Below, piece by piece: positions 1 through 8,775 of a stretch of 64,000 bases of DNA. Within the stretch, counting starts at the first letter, position 1; each line of letters begins with the position of its first letter. The notes below the pieces were generated by a model. That model saw only the letters and a list, made by a program, of their open reading frames with translations, had not been told where the DNA came from and ran no database searches. The DNA lies in sequence record PX421306.1; one strand, 5' to 3'. The stretch is from a phage. The translations under genes and the position numbers were made by a program.

Positions 1-792
1 ATGGCAATTGTAGGTGTTCCTGGCTGGATTGGTGAATCTGCCGTGAATGAAACTGGACAACGTTGGATGGATGCTGCAATGAAAGCAGTTCGTGTTTCAG
101 TTCCTGGTTGGATGAGCTCAATGGCTGGACAATCTAAAGAAGTATATTACAGCATTGGTGCTAGCAATTCTTATAATAAAGATACGCTAATAAATTGGAT
201 AAAAGCCCAAGGAAGTACTCCTGTTGTTATTACTATTACAGGAAATATTGTTTCTCAATCTACTGGTGTTCCATGCTTAGATTTTCCTAGCTCATTAACT
301 AATGCATATGTTACCTTAAATATTAATAGTGGGGTTCATGTATTAGGTCGGGGAGGAAATGGCGGAAGTAACTCTGCTGGTGGAGCAGGAGGAACTGCAA
401 TAAATAACGGAATTGGAACTCGTTTAAGAATAAACAATAATGGTATTATTGGTGGCGGCGGCGGTGGCGGCGCAGGTGCTAGATACAATCCTTTCCCTCA
501 AATGGATATGAAATTTGGTGGCGGCGGAGGTCGTCCATTTGGCGCAGCTGGCGCAGCAGGAGGTGGCGCAGCTGCAGCATCTGCTGGTACAATTTCTGCT
601 CCCGGTAAAGGCACTGTTTCTGGGGTTCACCATGGAGGAGATGGTGGAGATTTAGGAGCTGCTGGCAAATCTTCATATATTCAAGGTGGTACTGGAGGAA
701 CTATTCACTCGGGTGGCGCAGCAGGTAAAGCTGTTACTGGTAATGCTCCAACTTGGACTAAAGTTGGTACAATATATGGTGCAAGAGTATAA
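1..792 (+). CDS. 38: Distal tail-fiber adhesin gp38 (T2/T6-type, glycine-rich motifs)
   Basis: 263-aa ORF starting at nt 1 (MAIVGVPGWIG...); poly-Gly blocks such as GGGGGGGAGA and GGGGGRPFGAAGAAGGG; lies immediately upstream of holin t as in T-even phages. Confidence 0.85.
   Translation: MAIVGVPGWIGESAVNETGQRWMDAAMKAVRVSVPGWMSSMAGQSKEVYYSIGASNSYNKDTLINWIKAQGSTPVVITITGNIVSQSTGVPCLDFPSSLTNAYVTLNINSGVHVLGRGGNGGSNSAGGAGGTAINNGIGTRLRINNNGIIGGGGGGGAGARYNPFPQMDMKFGGGGGRPFGAAGAAGGGAAAASAGTISAPGKGTVSGVHHGGDGGDLGAAGKSSYIQGGTGGTIHSGGAAGKAVTGNAPTWTKVGTIYGARV
451..480 (+). repeat. (GGY)n simple repeat encoding a poly-Gly motif inside gp38
   Basis: ggtggcggcggcggtggcggcgcaggtgct read directly; further GGN runs at 511-570. 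Confidence 0.8.
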
Positions 793-823
793 TTTTGAAT
801 AAATATCCTTAAAAGGAGGGTCT

Positions 824-1480
824 ATGGCAGCACCTAGAATATCATTTTCGCCCTCTGATATTCTGTTGGGTGTTCTAGATCGCTTGTTCAAAGATAACGC
901 TACCGGGAAGGTTCTTGCTTCCCGGGTAGCTGTCGTAATTCTTTTGTTTATAATGGCGATTGTTTGGTATAGGGGAGATAGTTTCTTTGAGTACTATAAG
1001 CAATCAAAGTATGAAACATACAGTGAAATTATTGAAAAGGAAAGAAATGCACGCTTTGAATCTGTCGCCCTGGAACAACTCCAGATAGTTCATATATCAT
1101 CTGAGGCAGACTTTAGTGCGGTGTATTCTTTCCGCCCTAAAAACTTAAACTATTTTGTTGATATTATAGCATATGAAGGAAGATTACCTTCAACAATAAC
1201 CGAAAAATCACTTGGAGGATATCCTGTTGATAAAACTATGGATGAATATACAGTTCATTTAAATGGACGTCATTATTATTCCAACTCAAAATTTGCTTTT
1301 TTACCGACTAAAAAGCCTACTCCCGAAATAAATTACATGTACAGTTGTCCATATTTTAATTTGGATAATATCTATGCTGGAACAATAACCATGTACTGGT
1401 ATAGAAATGATCATATAAGTAATGACCGCCTTGAATCAATATGTTCTCAGGCGGCCAGAATATTAGGAAGGGCTAAATAA
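824..1480 (+). CDS. t: Holin T
   Basis: 218 aa; near-identical to remembered T4 holin (MAAPRISFSPSDIL...RILGRAK); strong SD AAGGAGG upstream. Confidence 0.95.
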   Translation: MAAPRISFSPSDILLGVLDRLFKDNATGKVLASRVAVVILLFIMAIVWYRGDSFFEYYKQSKYETYSEIIEKERNARFESVALEQLQIVHISSEADFSAVYSFRPKNLNYFVDIIAYEGRLPSTITEKSLGGYPVDKTMDEYTVHLNGRHYYSNSKFAFLPTKKPTPEINYMYSCPYFNLDNIYAGTITMYWYRNDHISNDRLESICSQAARILGRAK

Positions 1481-1753
1481 TTATTTGTTTGTATACATCT
1501 CTAGATATCGATATACACCCTCAAAACCCTCGTTGAATTCGTCGATGAGGGTTTTCTTATCTTCTTGGGTTAATTCAGAAACAATTTTACGGAATGAATT
1601 CTGATTCAACTTTCTACCTTCATGCGTTACTCCAATCTCATTCAGAAATGCAATAAAATTAGCACGATTCTCAACAATATCTTCTCTGGAAAATTTAATC
1701 AAAATAGACGCAACAGTAATAATTTCACGAACTGTATCAATGTTTTTATTCAT
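1481..1753 (-). CDS. asiA: Anti-sigma70 factor AsiA
   Basis: 90 aa MNKNIDTVREIITVASILIKF... matches remembered T4 AsiA; ATG confirmed. Confidence 0.95.
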   Translation of the reverse strand: MNKNIDTVREIITVASILIKFSREDIVENRANFIAFLNEIGVTHEGRKLNQNSFRKIVSELTQEDKKTLIDEFNEGFEGVYRYLEMYTNK

Positions 1754-1765
1754 TAACTATACCAC

Positions 1766-1918
1766 TCAATTAGTTGACTTTATTATAATATCATCAGACG
1801 TTTGATTTGTAAACTGGTCTGTGTTATTTTCTTCAAAAATTTTTTCTACGAATTCCTTGAACGACTCACGTTCCTGAGCTACATTATGCTCGATTACCTT
1901 TTCAAGATTATGACTCAT
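1766..1918 (-). CDS. Hypothetical 50-aa protein between arn and asiA
   Basis: Hand-translated MSHNLEKVIEHNVAQERESF...; ATG overlaps arn stop (ATGA); region also carries an early-promoter-like GTTTAC...TATTATAAT, so it may be non-coding. Confidence 0.3.
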   Translation of the reverse strand: MSHNLEKVIEHNVAQERESFKEFVEKIFEENNTDQFTNQTSDDIIIKSTN

Positions 1919-2193
1919 TCGAAATAATCTTCAATTTCATAATCATGGACATAAATCATTATAGTTTTTAATACATCATCAATATTTTTTCCTGGAGCTG
2001 GAATTACGTAAAAATATCCCGCCTTTGAGTTATCTTTATAAGTTCCAACCAAGAAATCATTATTCTCGAGATGCAGTTCTTCAACTAATTCATTGACAAT
2101 TGAGTTGTATAAATTTGGTAGAAACTTATATAGCTTTTCTAAAATATCAATTTTGATTGTATATTGAACCACAGACTGAGAATCAATAATCAT
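1915..2193 (-). CDS. arn: Anti-restriction nuclease Arn (McrBC inhibitor)
   Basis: 92 aa; sequence and position (next to asiA) match T4 Arn. Confidence 0.9.
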   Translation of the reverse strand: MIIDSQSVVQYTIKIDILEKLYKFLPNLYNSIVNELVEELHLENNDFLVGTYKDNSKAGYFYVIPAPGKNIDDVLKTIMIYVHDYEIEDYFE

Positions 2194-2276
2194 AGACCTT
2201 CCCCTTATGTTTCTGTTTGCGATTAGATTCTTTAAACGCTTTCTTCTTATCTTTATGAACAGAAGCTTTATTAAAA

Positions 2277-2495
2277 TTATGTTTTGCGACTAAATTGTTC
2301 ATAGTGCTGAATTACCTCTCTTAAACATTTGCATGTGAATGAAAACTTTTTAGCTACACCACATTCAAATATATGTTCTCTTAAATCACGTGTGTCAGTA
2401 TATCCCATCTCAACGATAAAATGCCGTATTAGATTTTTATCTTTATCATTGAGAGAATTAAAATAATCAGATTTTGAATTAATTTCCCTGGCCAA
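2277..2495 (-). CDS. Hypothetical protein (72 aa, TTG start)
   Basis: ORF track; start codon is TTG preceded by AAGGTGA SD; arn-motA interval. Confidence 0.5.
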   Translation of the reverse strand: MAREINSKSDYFNSLNDKDKNLIRHFIVEMGYTDTRDLREHIFECGVAKKFSFTCKCLREVIQHYEQFSRKT

Positions 2496-2775
2496 ATTGA
2501 ATCACCTTCAGTTGACGTTTTAGCTCTTTTATCATCTCTTCGTTCATCGCAATATAAAGATCGCGTAAAGCAGGCTTTAGCATTCCATTTATTGGGGAAC
2601 TAAATGGACATACATAATCTTTTCCTACGAGCTTTTTAGTGAATTCCATATTACAGAACTGAAATGCCGGTTCATTGGCATAAATTCCCCATTTGGTTGA
2701 CATCATTTTATTGGCATATTCTAATGCCTGGATTTGATTCATAATTCCATCAATTTGAAACTTTTTAATATTCAT
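2479..2775 (-). CDS. Hypothetical protein (98 aa)
   Basis: ORF track; ATG confirmed; arn-motA interval. Confidence 0.7.
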   Translation of the reverse strand: MNIKKFQIDGIMNQIQALEYANKMMSTKWGIYANEPAFQFCNMEFTKKLVGKDYVCPFSSPINGMLKPALRDLYIAMNEEMIKELKRQLKVIQFGQGN

Positions 2776-3236
2776 TAGTAAAGGTCCTCAGAGTAAAGTT
2801 CTTTTTCACTACCACCACGTTCAATACGCACTTGTCCAGCATAAGTTGCAATAATCATTGCTTCTTCACGTGTCCAATAATTACTATATTGGTCAATAAA
2901 CCCTTGGTCATCATCACAAACTTGCTGAGTAACTAATTGGGGTTTAACTACATCTAAAACTGCTGCCATATCTTTAGAATAATGACGAGCACCCGGAATA
3001 ATAAGAGTTCGTCCATCTTTTAATCTAAAACGGTTGGCTGCGCAAACAATCCGTCGTTGGTATTTTTGGTTTTCATCCCAGTATGCAGACTGCCAACAGA
3101 TTTCCGGAACTTCTTTCAGAATATCTTCTTCTGTACATTTATAACCATGTGCTTTAAATTTTTGAACAAGACTTTCTGGAGTTTCACGAGATAAAGGAAC
3201 ATTCAGCATTTTTAAACGATTAATAAATGGATTCAT
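2775..3236 (-). CDS. Hypothetical protein (153 aa)
   Basis: ORF track; ATG confirmed; stop/start overlap with neighbours. Confidence 0.75.
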   Translation of the reverse strand: MNPFINRLKMLNVPLSRETPESLVQKFKAHGYKCTEEDILKEVPEICWQSAYWDENQKYQRRIVCAANRFRLKDGRTLIIPGARHYSKDMAAVLDVVKPQLVTQQVCDDDQGFIDQYSNYWTREEAMIIATYAGQVRIERGGSEKELYSEDLY

Positions 3237-3562
3237 TTAAACCATCCTTTAATACGTTGCCACAAAGATTTCTGTTGAGCTTTGTTAACACCAATTGAAC
3301 GAATAACTGGTTGAGATTCCTGGAATTCTTTATAATCAGCAAGGTAAATTTCGTAAGCTGAATCTGTAAAGGAACTTATCGCTGCCATGAAATTATTGCG
3401 AATACCTACTGGAGCATCTTTACTTTCACGAATAATCATGTATTTACCAGTCTTAATCTTTACAATAGTTCCAAGATAAGCTCCGTGGTACCAGATATCC
3501 CACCCCTCTTGAGTGGGTTCTGCACAACGACGAAGTTCATTGATAATTTCTAACTTGTTCAT
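3233..3562 (-). CDS. Hypothetical protein (109 aa), motA.1 position
   Basis: ORF track; ATG confirmed; immediately downstream of motA. Confidence 0.75.
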   Translation of the reverse strand: MNKLEIINELRRCAEPTQEGWDIWYHGAYLGTIVKIKTGKYMIIRESKDAPVGIRNNFMAAISSFTDSAYEIYLADYKEFQESQPVIRSIGVNKAQQKSLWQRIKGWFK

Positions 3563-3572
3563 TATTTATTCC

Positions 3573-4208
3573 TCACAGTTCAGATGCTACGGTGATTACA
3601 GCTTCAATGTTTTCTGCCGAGCGTTTAATGTCAAGATACACATTACCGTTTTTAGCGATTTTACATGACATTCCGATATCAGTAAATTTCTGAATATGAT
3701 GTTCCATCATTTTGTATCCAAAAATTCGCATATTTCCATTGTTGTTAATTTCAAAATTACGAATTCCGTGAGTGCGTTTTTCTAAAATAGCAAGATAGTT
3801 ACTACGATAAGTTTCAACCTTTTTAAGAACAAATCCATTTTCATCTAAAAGTTTTAACATGAAGTCTTTATCTTCTTCCATATCAGAAGTAATCTCGCGA
3901 GCTTTACGAGTTGCTCGTTTTTTCAGCAGTTCAGGAGCGTTTTCCTGCGCGTATAAAGTTGCCGCATTTGAAATAATATCCTGAGCTTCACCTGTAATGA
4001 TTAATCCATCACCAGATTTCTCTACCAGGCCTTTTTTAATCAATACCCCAATATTACTATTAACTACTGCATTACCTAAATCTGGATGCACCTCACGAAC
4101 TTCTGCAGCTGTAATGAAATCTTTCTTAGCAATGGTAATTAAAATCGCAGCAGTTTTTTCATTCAGAACATCGTTAGAAGCTTTGATGATGTAAGTTACT
4201 TTAGACAT
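3573..4208 (-). CDS. motA: Middle-transcription activator MotA
   Basis: 211 aa MSKVTYIIKASNDVLNEKTAAIL... matches remembered T4 MotA. Confidence 0.95.
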   Translation of the reverse strand: MSKVTYIIKASNDVLNEKTAAILITIAKKDFITAAEVREVHPDLGNAVVNSNIGVLIKKGLVEKSGDGLIITGEAQDIISNAATLYAQENAPELLKKRATRKAREITSDMEEDKDFMLKLLDENGFVLKKVETYRSNYLAILEKRTHGIRNFEINNNGNMRIFGYKMMEHHIQKFTDIGMSCKIAKNGNVYLDIKRSAENIEAVITVASEL

Positions 4209-4244
4209 TTTCTAATCTCCGTAATTCTGTATCAGTAGTTGATA

Positions 4245-4285
4245 GTTGTATAGTACCACAGTATGCTTTGGTTGTAAACCGTTTT
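4245..4285 (-). promoter_or_regulatory. Early-type promoter upstream of motA
   Basis: Minus strand GTTTAC (plus 4274-4279), 18-bp spacer, GTGG + TACTAT (plus 4250-4255); conserved leader shared with other copies. Confidence 0.6.
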
Positions 4286-4304
4286 GTGAAAAAAAAAAAT
4301 TTTG

Positions 4305-4334
4305 AAATAAAAAAGGGAGAGCCGAGGCTCTCCC
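4305..4334 (-). terminator. Intrinsic terminator hairpin
   Basis: gggagagccgaggctctccc (4315-4334) preceded on plus by an A-run, giving a U-tract on the minus-strand RNA. Confidence 0.7.
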
Positions 4335-4340
4335 TAAAAT

Positions 4341-4490
4341 TTACTGCATGACTGTGATAACTGTCATGATAACACGTTGAATTCCGAACGCAAGAAGACC
4401 TCCTGCTACGGCTGGAACAACACCTAAACCCGCCAGTAAAATGCTACCGGATACTAATGCAGCGCTTGTAATACCAATGAATGGACTCAT
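4341..4490 (-). CDS. Small hydrophobic membrane protein (49 aa)
   Basis: Hand-translated MSPFIGITSAALVSGSILLAGLGVVPAVAGGLLAFGIQRVIMTVITVMQ; ATG overlaps gene 52 stop (ATGA). Confidence 0.6.
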   Translation of the reverse strand: MSPFIGITSAALVSGSILLAGLGVVPAVAGGLLAFGIQRVIMTVITVMQ

Positions 4491-5815
4491 TTGATTTCCT
4501 CTAAATCTTTAGTGTATTCTGTAACTACATCAGTAGTTTTCCAATATTCGTTTTCTTCTTTTTTAGCTTTAGCTTCTTCAGCAAGTTTCTTTGCTTCGTC
4601 GGAAGTCATATGAAAAATGTTCATTCCGACTAGTTTATCAACATAAGAAGAATACATCTCAATTTTAGAAAGTTCTTCGGTCAGTTCTTTACGAGTTTTA
4701 CCCTGCACAACAATTTCACCTGAAATTACTTTCTTAATGAAATGTGCCTTGGCAAAGGCTAAACGAAATGCTGATTCAGTTTCTTTGATTTTGTTATCAA
4801 TTCGTTTTTGGACATAAGTTTTACGAACTTCAACGAAGTCTTTAATTAAATCAACTACGTTATCGTAAACTTGTAACTTTCCTTTCTCGTTGATGACTGT
4901 AATATTTTGGGAACGACGCTCAATCAACCCGAAGTCTTTCATGATTTTTGCATGGCGTTCTTCTTCGTTATCGCTCAAAGAATATTCTTTGCGGAATTTA
5001 ACTTTAAAGCCAAAACCATGCTCACCGCAAGCATCATCCCACGTAATGAAGCCTTTATCTTCAAGCGGGTCTAAGATTTTACTCACATAAGTTTCACGAT
5101 CATACTTATACGGAATCTCAGTGATATGCATTTGAGTTCGTGAAGTAAACTTGTACGTTCCACGAATTTCATATTGACCGTCAATTTCAACGACTTCACC
5201 ACGAAATTCTGGGAATTCTACCTTCGGTTTAGTTACTTTCTTTCCTTGAAGAGCTTGTAGTACAGCTTTCTTGACAGAAGAAACACTATGAGGAAGAATG
5301 TAAGTTGCATAACCAGTTGCAATACCGGAAACACCATTAAGAAGAACAGTAGGAATAATAGGCAAATAGAAAGCAGGCGGAATGTGTTCTTTATCTTGAT
5401 GTACCGGAGCATATTCAGTATCTTTATATACGCTATAGAAATTTTTACTTACACGAGCAAAAATATAACGACTTGCCGCTGCTTTTTGAACGGTACGAGA
5501 ACCAAAGTTTCCTTGACCATCTAACAAAGGAAAGTTATTATTCCAAGTATTAGCCATCAAAGCCCCCGCGTCTTGCGCAGAGTTTTCACCATGATGATAT
5601 CCAAGGTCAGCTACACCACCTGCAATAGAAGCGAGTTTGTGAAACTTATCTTTATTTCCTCGCGCCAAATCAAGAGCTCGAGCAATAACAAATCGTTGGA
5701 CTGGCTTAAATCCATCAATCATATTTGGAATAGCACGATTTTCAACCGTGTACATAGCATAAGCCAGTGCTTCATTATCAATGATACTTTTTAAATCGCG
5801 ATTATTCAGTTGCAT
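4487..5815 (-). CDS. 52: DNA topoisomerase II medium subunit gp52
   Basis: 442 aa; matches remembered T4 gp52 in sequence and length. Confidence 0.95.
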   Translation of the reverse strand: MQLNNRDLKSIIDNEALAYAMYTVENRAIPNMIDGFKPVQRFVIARALDLARGNKDKFHKLASIAGGVADLGYHHGENSAQDAGALMANTWNNNFPLLDGQGNFGSRTVQKAAASRYIFARVSKNFYSVYKDTEYAPVHQDKEHIPPAFYLPIIPTVLLNGVSGIATGYATYILPHSVSSVKKAVLQALQGKKVTKPKVEFPEFRGEVVEIDGQYEIRGTYKFTSRTQMHITEIPYKYDRETYVSKILDPLEDKGFITWDDACGEHGFGFKVKFRKEYSLSDNEEERHAKIMKDFGLIERRSQNITVINEKGKLQVYDNVVDLIKDFVEVRKTYVQKRIDNKIKETESAFRLAFAKAHFIKKVISGEIVVQGKTRKELTEELSKIEMYSSYVDKLVGMNIFHMTSDEAKKLAEEAKAKKEENEYWKTTDVVTEYTKDLEEIK

Positions 5816-5819
5816 AAAT

Positions 5820-5960
5820 TTACCATACTAGTGAATGTAGTGCCATAATAACATCAGAAATGAAAAGCACGACTTGAATTAATCCGAACATTACTCCATA
5901 ATATAGTGCTATCAATAAAATAGCAAGGGCTAATGAATAGCCCAAGATTTTCTTAATCAT
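5820..5960 (-). CDS. Small hydrophobic protein (46 aa)
   Basis: Hand-translated MIKKILGYSLALAILLIALYYGVMFGLIQVV...; start overlaps upstream stop; in the 52-stp interval where T4 has ac. Confidence 0.55.
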   Translation of the reverse strand: MIKKILGYSLALAILLIALYYGVMFGLIQVVLFISDVIMALHSLVW

Positions 5961-6111
5961 TAGTAGATAACAACACAAATGTTAAATATGCACACATACC
6001 CTGGGCTAAAGCTTGTGAAAACACACTGCTAGCATCGATACAGATAGTTAAAACACATGCTACTATCCAACAAATAAATGAAATAACTCCTAATAATTTT
6101 GCGATATTCAT
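5953..6111 (-). CDS. Small hydrophobic protein (52 aa), ac-like by position
   Basis: Hand-translated MNIAKLLGVISFICWIVACVLTICIDASSVF...; adjacent to stp. Confidence 0.55.
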   Translation of the reverse strand: MNIAKLLGVISFICWIVACVLTICIDASSVFSQALAQGMCAYLTFVLLSTND

Positions 6112-6118
6112 ATTTTCC

Positions 6119-6199
6119 TCACTGGCGTCCGAAGACGCCTTTAGTTTTAAGATTGTTACGATAGAACTGCATCACATGTTCGTTATGGAAATTGCTCAT
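6119..6199 (-). CDS. stp: Stp peptide (suppressor of three-prime phosphatase; anti-restriction, PrrC activator)
   Basis: Hand-translated 26 aa [26 protein letters not shown], matching remembered T4 Stp; start overlaps ndd stop. Confidence 0.85.
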
Positions 6200-6654
6200 T
6201 AATATGCCTGCAAAACAAATTTAAAATTATCAGCCAACATACGGTTCATTTCTTCAAGTGTTTGATACTCAGAATGATGATTACGAGTAAACGCCAAAGC
6301 TAACTGACCCTTTCCAAATCCCGTCGTCAGAGGTTTCATCTTAGAAGCAGGCAAATAAAATACTGTATATGGAACATTGTTATTTGCAATAGTACGCGCA
6401 AGCTGAGATCGACGCTGGCGAATATGACTTAGAACTGCACTGAATCCTTGCTTAGAACGCTGATTACCTACATAAAATCGTGCAGATACACACGGATTAT
6501 CAAATGGACCGCCAAATTTGCTCACTAAAAAGTAAAATCCAGGGTTAGACAAAATGTCTTTATGCGGAGTTCCAAAAACCCATTCACCACCCTTGATTGT
6601 ACCAATAACAGTTGCGCCTGCATTATTCAGATCAGTAACAGTCATGTATTTCAT
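6199..6654 (-). CDS. ndd: Nucleoid disruption protein Ndd
   Basis: 151 aa from internal [21 protein letters not shown]... with SD GAGGAAATTAAT; matches remembered T4 Ndd. Confidence 0.9.
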
Positions 6655-6714
6655 ATTAATTTCCTCTAAATTATTTTCTACTCCAAGGCCGCATGAATAC
6701 ATACGGCCGATAAA

Positions 6715-6930
6715 TTAATCGTCGCAGTCGACGCTCAATTCCCAAAACTCTTCTACAGTATAAGTTTCAGTATCATTTTCAATACAGAAACGTTCATTAC
6801 TGTTATTTGCTAAAGTAGCGTTAACTGTCATTTTCTCGCTAGTACTCTTAAGAGGCGAAATACGAATTAACTGATCACCATTATCTAAACAGAAAATTTC
6901 ACCAACTTTTACATCTTTAAAGATTTTCAT
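6715..6930 (-). CDS. Hypothetical protein (71 aa)
   Basis: ORF track; ATG confirmed. Confidence 0.7.
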   Translation of the reverse strand: MKIFKDVKVGEIFCLDNGDQLIRISPLKSTSEKMTVNATLANNSNERFCIENDTETYTVEEFWELSVDCDD

Positions 6931-6938
6931 AATTCACC

Positions 6939-7049
6939 TCAAGGAGTATAAAATCCAAATGCGGTTGTTGACCATCCCATCCAATATGGGAAATTTGCGC
7001 CAATGTAAAACATGAGAATATAAAACCAACCGCTCAGCAAATTCATCAT
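6939..7049 (-). CDS. Small hydrophobic peptide (36 aa)
   Basis: Hand-translated MMNLLSGWFYILMFYIGANFPYWMGWSTTAFGFYTP; start overlaps upstream stop. Confidence 0.4.
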   Translation of the reverse strand: MMNLLSGWFYILMFYIGANFPYWMGWSTTAFGFYTP

Positions 7050-7243
7050 TTTACACCATTCCAAATTGTTTCAACCACAGATTTCAAACCATTTTGGTGA
7101 ATATCCATTCCGACAACTGCCATCAAATAGATTCCAACTACAACTGAACCTAAGGAGAAAATCAGCATGAAAATGAATAAAGCTGGAAAAATATTATCGA
7201 AAAACCATTCCATAAATGTAAAAGCACTACGTTTACGCTTCAT
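7046..7243 (-). CDS. Small membrane protein (65 aa)
   Basis: ORF track trimmed to ATG with SD GAGGAAAAT; hydrophobic core. Confidence 0.6.
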   Translation of the reverse strand: MKRKRSAFTFMEWFFDNIFPALFIFMLIFSLGSVVVGIYLMAVVGMDIHQNGLKSVVETIWNGVK

Positions 7244-7250
7244 ATTTTCC

Positions 7251-7364
7251 TCACATAAATCCAAAGTAAGCGTTTAATACATCAATCATTAAAACGATTG
7301 GGAATATACTCAAAACTACTAGTATTATAACTACATTCCATATAGCTTTAACAATCTTTTTCAT
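7251..7364 (-). CDS. Small membrane peptide (37 aa)
   Basis: Track ORF trimmed to ATG downstream of the promoter; SD GGAGG; MKKIVKAIWNVVIILVVLSIFPIVLMIDVL... Confidence 0.5.
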   Translation of the reverse strand: MKKIVKAIWNVVIILVVLSIFPIVLMIDVLNAYFGFM

Positions 7365-7386
7365 TTTCTGTTCCTCCGTAGTTGAT

Positions 7387-7427
7387 AGGGTAATAATACC
7401 ACAGAGGAACAGTCTTGTAAACAACTT
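7387..7427 (-). promoter_or_regulatory. Early-type promoter
   Basis: Minus GTTTAC (plus 7417-7422), 18 bp, GTGG + TATTAT (plus 7393-7398). Confidence 0.55.
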
Positions 7428-7606
7428 TTTAAAAATATTCGTAATAAATGTGAATACCAATCACTACTGCCGAAACTTGCGCAACCCACCACGCACAAGC
7501 AATAAGTACAGAATTAAAAATTTTCATAATAACCTCATCACAAAAGTAAATGTTAAACAAATTAATGGAATACTAATTAACCAAACGAAACACCACCATA
7601 ATGAAC

Positions 7607-7870
7607 TCATAGTTCAATCTCAACGATTTTCATTTCATTACTATTAATAGCCGCTTTAAGACTATCTGAAAGAATTACATTCCAGTGGTCATTCATATGA
7701 CCATTGACTAAGCGTGTAATTTCTTCGGGAGTTGAAAAATAAGGCGTATCAGACTCCCAGTGCGATAGTCCCAAGCGAGTATAAATCATACCTTCATCAT
7801 CGCTAGAATATTCAACTGACACAAACTCATCAGTTATTTTATGTTTAGCGTAATAAAATTTAAATTTCAT
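7607..7870 (-). CDS. Hypothetical protein (87 aa)
   Basis: ORF track; ATG confirmed. Confidence 0.7.
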   Translation of the reverse strand: MKFKFYYAKHKITDEFVSVEYSSDDEGMIYTRLGLSHWESDTPYFSTPEEITRLVNGHMNDHWNVILSDSLKAAINSNEMKIVEIEL

Positions 7871-7876
7871 TTTTAC

Positions 7877-8083
7877 TCAATAATCCGCTAAAAGATCGAC
7901 GATTGCATCACGAAGACACTTATTCGCAATACGTTTAAGAGCAATTTCAGTTTCTGGAGCATTTTGAATAATCATTGAATTCAATTCAGCCTCAGCAAAC
8001 TGAAGTTCTTTAACTAATTCAGCTTTATATTTTCCTTGCCCTTTCTTAGCTTTTGCTCGTTTTAATTCAGCTGTAGTAAACAT
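7877..8083 (-). CDS. Hypothetical protein (68 aa)
   Basis: Track ORF trimmed to ATG after conserved leader GGAGAATAAAATG; the N-terminal extension is promoter sequence. Confidence 0.6.
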   Translation of the reverse strand: MFTTAELKRAKAKKGQGKYKAELVKELQFAEAELNSMIIQNAPETEIALKRIANKCLRDAIVDLLADY

Positions 8084-8111
8084 TTTATTCTCCAAATCCG
8101 TATCAGTTGAT

Positions 8112-8152
8112 AGTTGTATAGTACCACAGTCCTTGTGGTATGTAAACCGTTT
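8112..8152 (-). promoter_or_regulatory. Early-type promoter (cassette copy)
   Basis: Minus GTTTAC (plus 8142-8147), 18 bp, GTGG + TACTAT (plus 8118-8123), then conserved leader. Confidence 0.6.
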
Positions 8153-8163
8153 TGTGAAAATTT

Positions 8164-8721
8164 TTAAATGGAAAGATACCATCCGTTGTAGTTGCTTTTT
8201 CTTACAACCTTACGAAGGTCTTCTCTATCACCGATGAACTTCGGAGTGTACTGGATGACACCTGGATGAATTTCTTTAGTGTTGAATATAATTATACAGT
8301 CAGCGACCTGATGATTCAGAATGGGCCCTAGATTTATTCCAGAACCGTATGGATACTCCCCGCTGCATCCGGTTGTTACCGAAATCCAACGTGAGTCAGT
8401 TTGATGTGTTTTGACTTCTACACGAAGCCCACAGTATTTTGGATGCGCCAATACATCCCATGCGTATGTATACGGGTCATTAACATCCTCTTGGCCTTTG
8501 TTAACATACCCGCTTAGCCAATCTGCTACAAAAAACTCTGCGTACACAGCGATACGACATCTTTCAATAACTTCTGCTTTATCCTGGTTCGGGTTTTGTT
8601 TTAGAGAGTATCTTGCTGTATCAGCAATTTTGACCTTCATTTCACTAGTCAAGTCACTGTTCGATAGGGTAAATGTCGGAATCTGAAATAGTCTCTGTAA
8701 ACCTGGATTCGTTTTCTGCAT
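8164..8721 (-). CDS. denB: Endonuclease IV DenB
   Basis: 185 aa; length and position (next to rIIB) match T4 denB. Confidence 0.85.
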   Translation of the reverse strand: MQKTNPGLQRLFQIPTFTLSNSDLTSEMKVKIADTARYSLKQNPNQDKAEVIERCRIAVYAEFFVADWLSGYVNKGQEDVNDPYTYAWDVLAHPKYCGLRVEVKTHQTDSRWISVTTGCSGEYPYGSGINLGPILNHQVADCIIIFNTKEIHPGVIQYTPKFIGDREDLRKVVRKSNYNGWYLSI

Positions 8722-8775
8722 TAAACTTTCCTTTTACGTCGGAATCACTGATATTCATATAATAAATCATAGTTT

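Noticed and set aside
795-823. Late promoter for holin t
   Set aside because: Only AATAAATA (one mismatch to TATAAATA) is present upstream of t; not called
424-891. Three minus-strand ORFs (424-633, 479-676, 673-891) in the ORF track
   Set aside because: They lie antisense to gp38 and the holin start and have Cys/Ser- or Gln/Leu-rich low-complexity products; artefacts of GC-rich poly-Gly codons
2194-2300. 38-aa highly basic ORF overlapping the arn start
   Set aside because: No convincing SD, and it overlaps the start of the neighbouring 72-aa ORF; likely spurious
3997-4194. Plus-strand 65-aa ORF
   Set aside because: Entirely antisense within motA; no SD
6199-6702. Long 167-aa form of ndd
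   Set aside because: T4 Ndd is 151 aa; the internal ATG at 6654 has a good SD, and the extension runs into an upstream hairpin
7877-8182. N-terminal extensions of ORFs 7877-8182, 34543-34890 and 60264-61352 (shared GTIQLSTDTDLENKM peptide)
   Set aside because: The shared peptide is the translation of the conserved promoter-leader cassette; true starts are the ATGs after GGAGAATAAA
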